DNA of 63,901 nucleotides, filler included, from Bonamia ostreae (Eukaryota): NCBI GenBank assembly GCA_040357525.1. It is 45 parts of 45 records of this genome, joined end to end, with 100 filler letters (N's around TTAATTAATTAA, not from the genome) between each part and the next. Parts side by side here need not be neighbours in the genome. Positions count along the whole stretch, not along the records: positions 62,586 to 63,901 come from JBDODL010002064.1; 44 more parts are not named here. One strand, 5' to 3'. Shown piece by piece: positions 63,301 to 63,901 of this stretch (position 1 is its first letter; each line of letters starts with the position of its first letter). The notes under the pieces were generated by a model. It saw only the letters and a program-made list of their open reading frames with translations, ran no database searches and was not told where the DNA came from. The position numbers and the translations under genes were made by a program.

Positions 63301-63805
63301 ATGCAAAAAATACCGCAAAAAATGCCGCAACGAAAAACGAGTGGAAAAGAAGAAAACAAGCAGAAAGAAAGAAAGCCGATTGTTTGGGATGAACCGGGAG
63401 AGGGGAGCAGGTACATGTTGATGGGTTGGCTTTTTAATTTTGAAGAAGGCTTAGAGATGGTGGTCCCGTATTTTTACGAGTTCAAATCTTTTGCGAAGAG
63501 GAGATGGTTTGGCAGAACAGTTGAAGACGTGTTTGAAGCCGAATTTTTTAATTTCCGAAAAGAAAATTTTGTTTGAACAATTTAAATTTCGTCTCTAAAA
63601 ATGAAGGATAAACAGATCGAAAACAAAGAAATCAGAATTAACGATCGAATTGTTGAAGGAAATTACAAATTTAAGGACAACGACAGATTGTCTCATCGAT
63701 TGCATTATCATGAAAATCCTGTCCTGTTTAATTTTGAAATTCAAAGAACAAGCGATGTCAAAATCATCAAAGAAAACGACGATTATTTTGCAGTTGTAAA
63801 ACCTT
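63301..63805 (+). CDS. RPUSD2: RluA-family pseudouridine synthase (RPUSD2/Rib2/Pus9-like), 5' part (protist); intron 63571-63606
   Basis: GLEMVVPYFYEFKSFAKRRWFGRTVEDVFEAEF, KDNDRLSHRLHYHENPV and IIKENDDYFAVVKP match the RPUSD2 N-terminus (GLRkV.PY...f.ty.KgRW.g...vF..EF; H.HEpPV; vdKP). Confidence 0.9.
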
Positions 63806-63901
63806 GTTTATACGATTTCCTTTTAGATTCTCGCTTAATCAATTTTTTAAATTTATTTTAATCAATTTTTAAGTTTTTGTAATTTATCAATTCGATTTTA
63901 T

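Noticed and set aside
1-63901. Gene clusters or operon-like systems spanning contigs (e.g. SNM1 next to COQ8)
   Set aside because: Order across linkers reflects contig length only.

Overview
This window is not continuous genome. It is 45 short contigs (1330 down to 1316 nt, sorted by decreasing length) joined by 44 identical artificial 100-nt linkers (N44-TTAATTAATTAA-N44), so adjacency across linkers has no biological meaning. The contigs fall into two eukaryotic classes. (1) A bivalve-like, probably oyster, genome: sparse exons with canonical GTAAGT/TTTCAG splice sites, tRNA-headed SINEs, degenerate gypsy and LINE elements, an intron-containing hAT transposase, and fragments resembling RNF213, GIMAP, Ig, LRP and VWDE genes. 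(2) A very AT-rich, gene-dense protist carrying fragments of TOP3A, CPSF1, SNM1/DCLRE1, COQ8, separase, Timeless, SCYL, G-alpha, RPUSD2 and eL41, plus orphan secreted or surface proteins. The most notable signal is the protist's splicing system: many 19-25 nt introns, 5' splice sites that are almost always GTT without +5G, and AAG as the commonest acceptor, usually without a polypyrimidine tract. Some of its long introns are filled by minisatellites. Other leads are an in-frame TAG at an invariant Lys of eL41, a tandem pair of small putative GPI-anchored proteins, and a hairpin-bearing dispersed repeat. An oyster plus an ascetosporean parasite such as Bonamia is my inference, not a database result. 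All gene calls come from manual translation and remembered family motifs.
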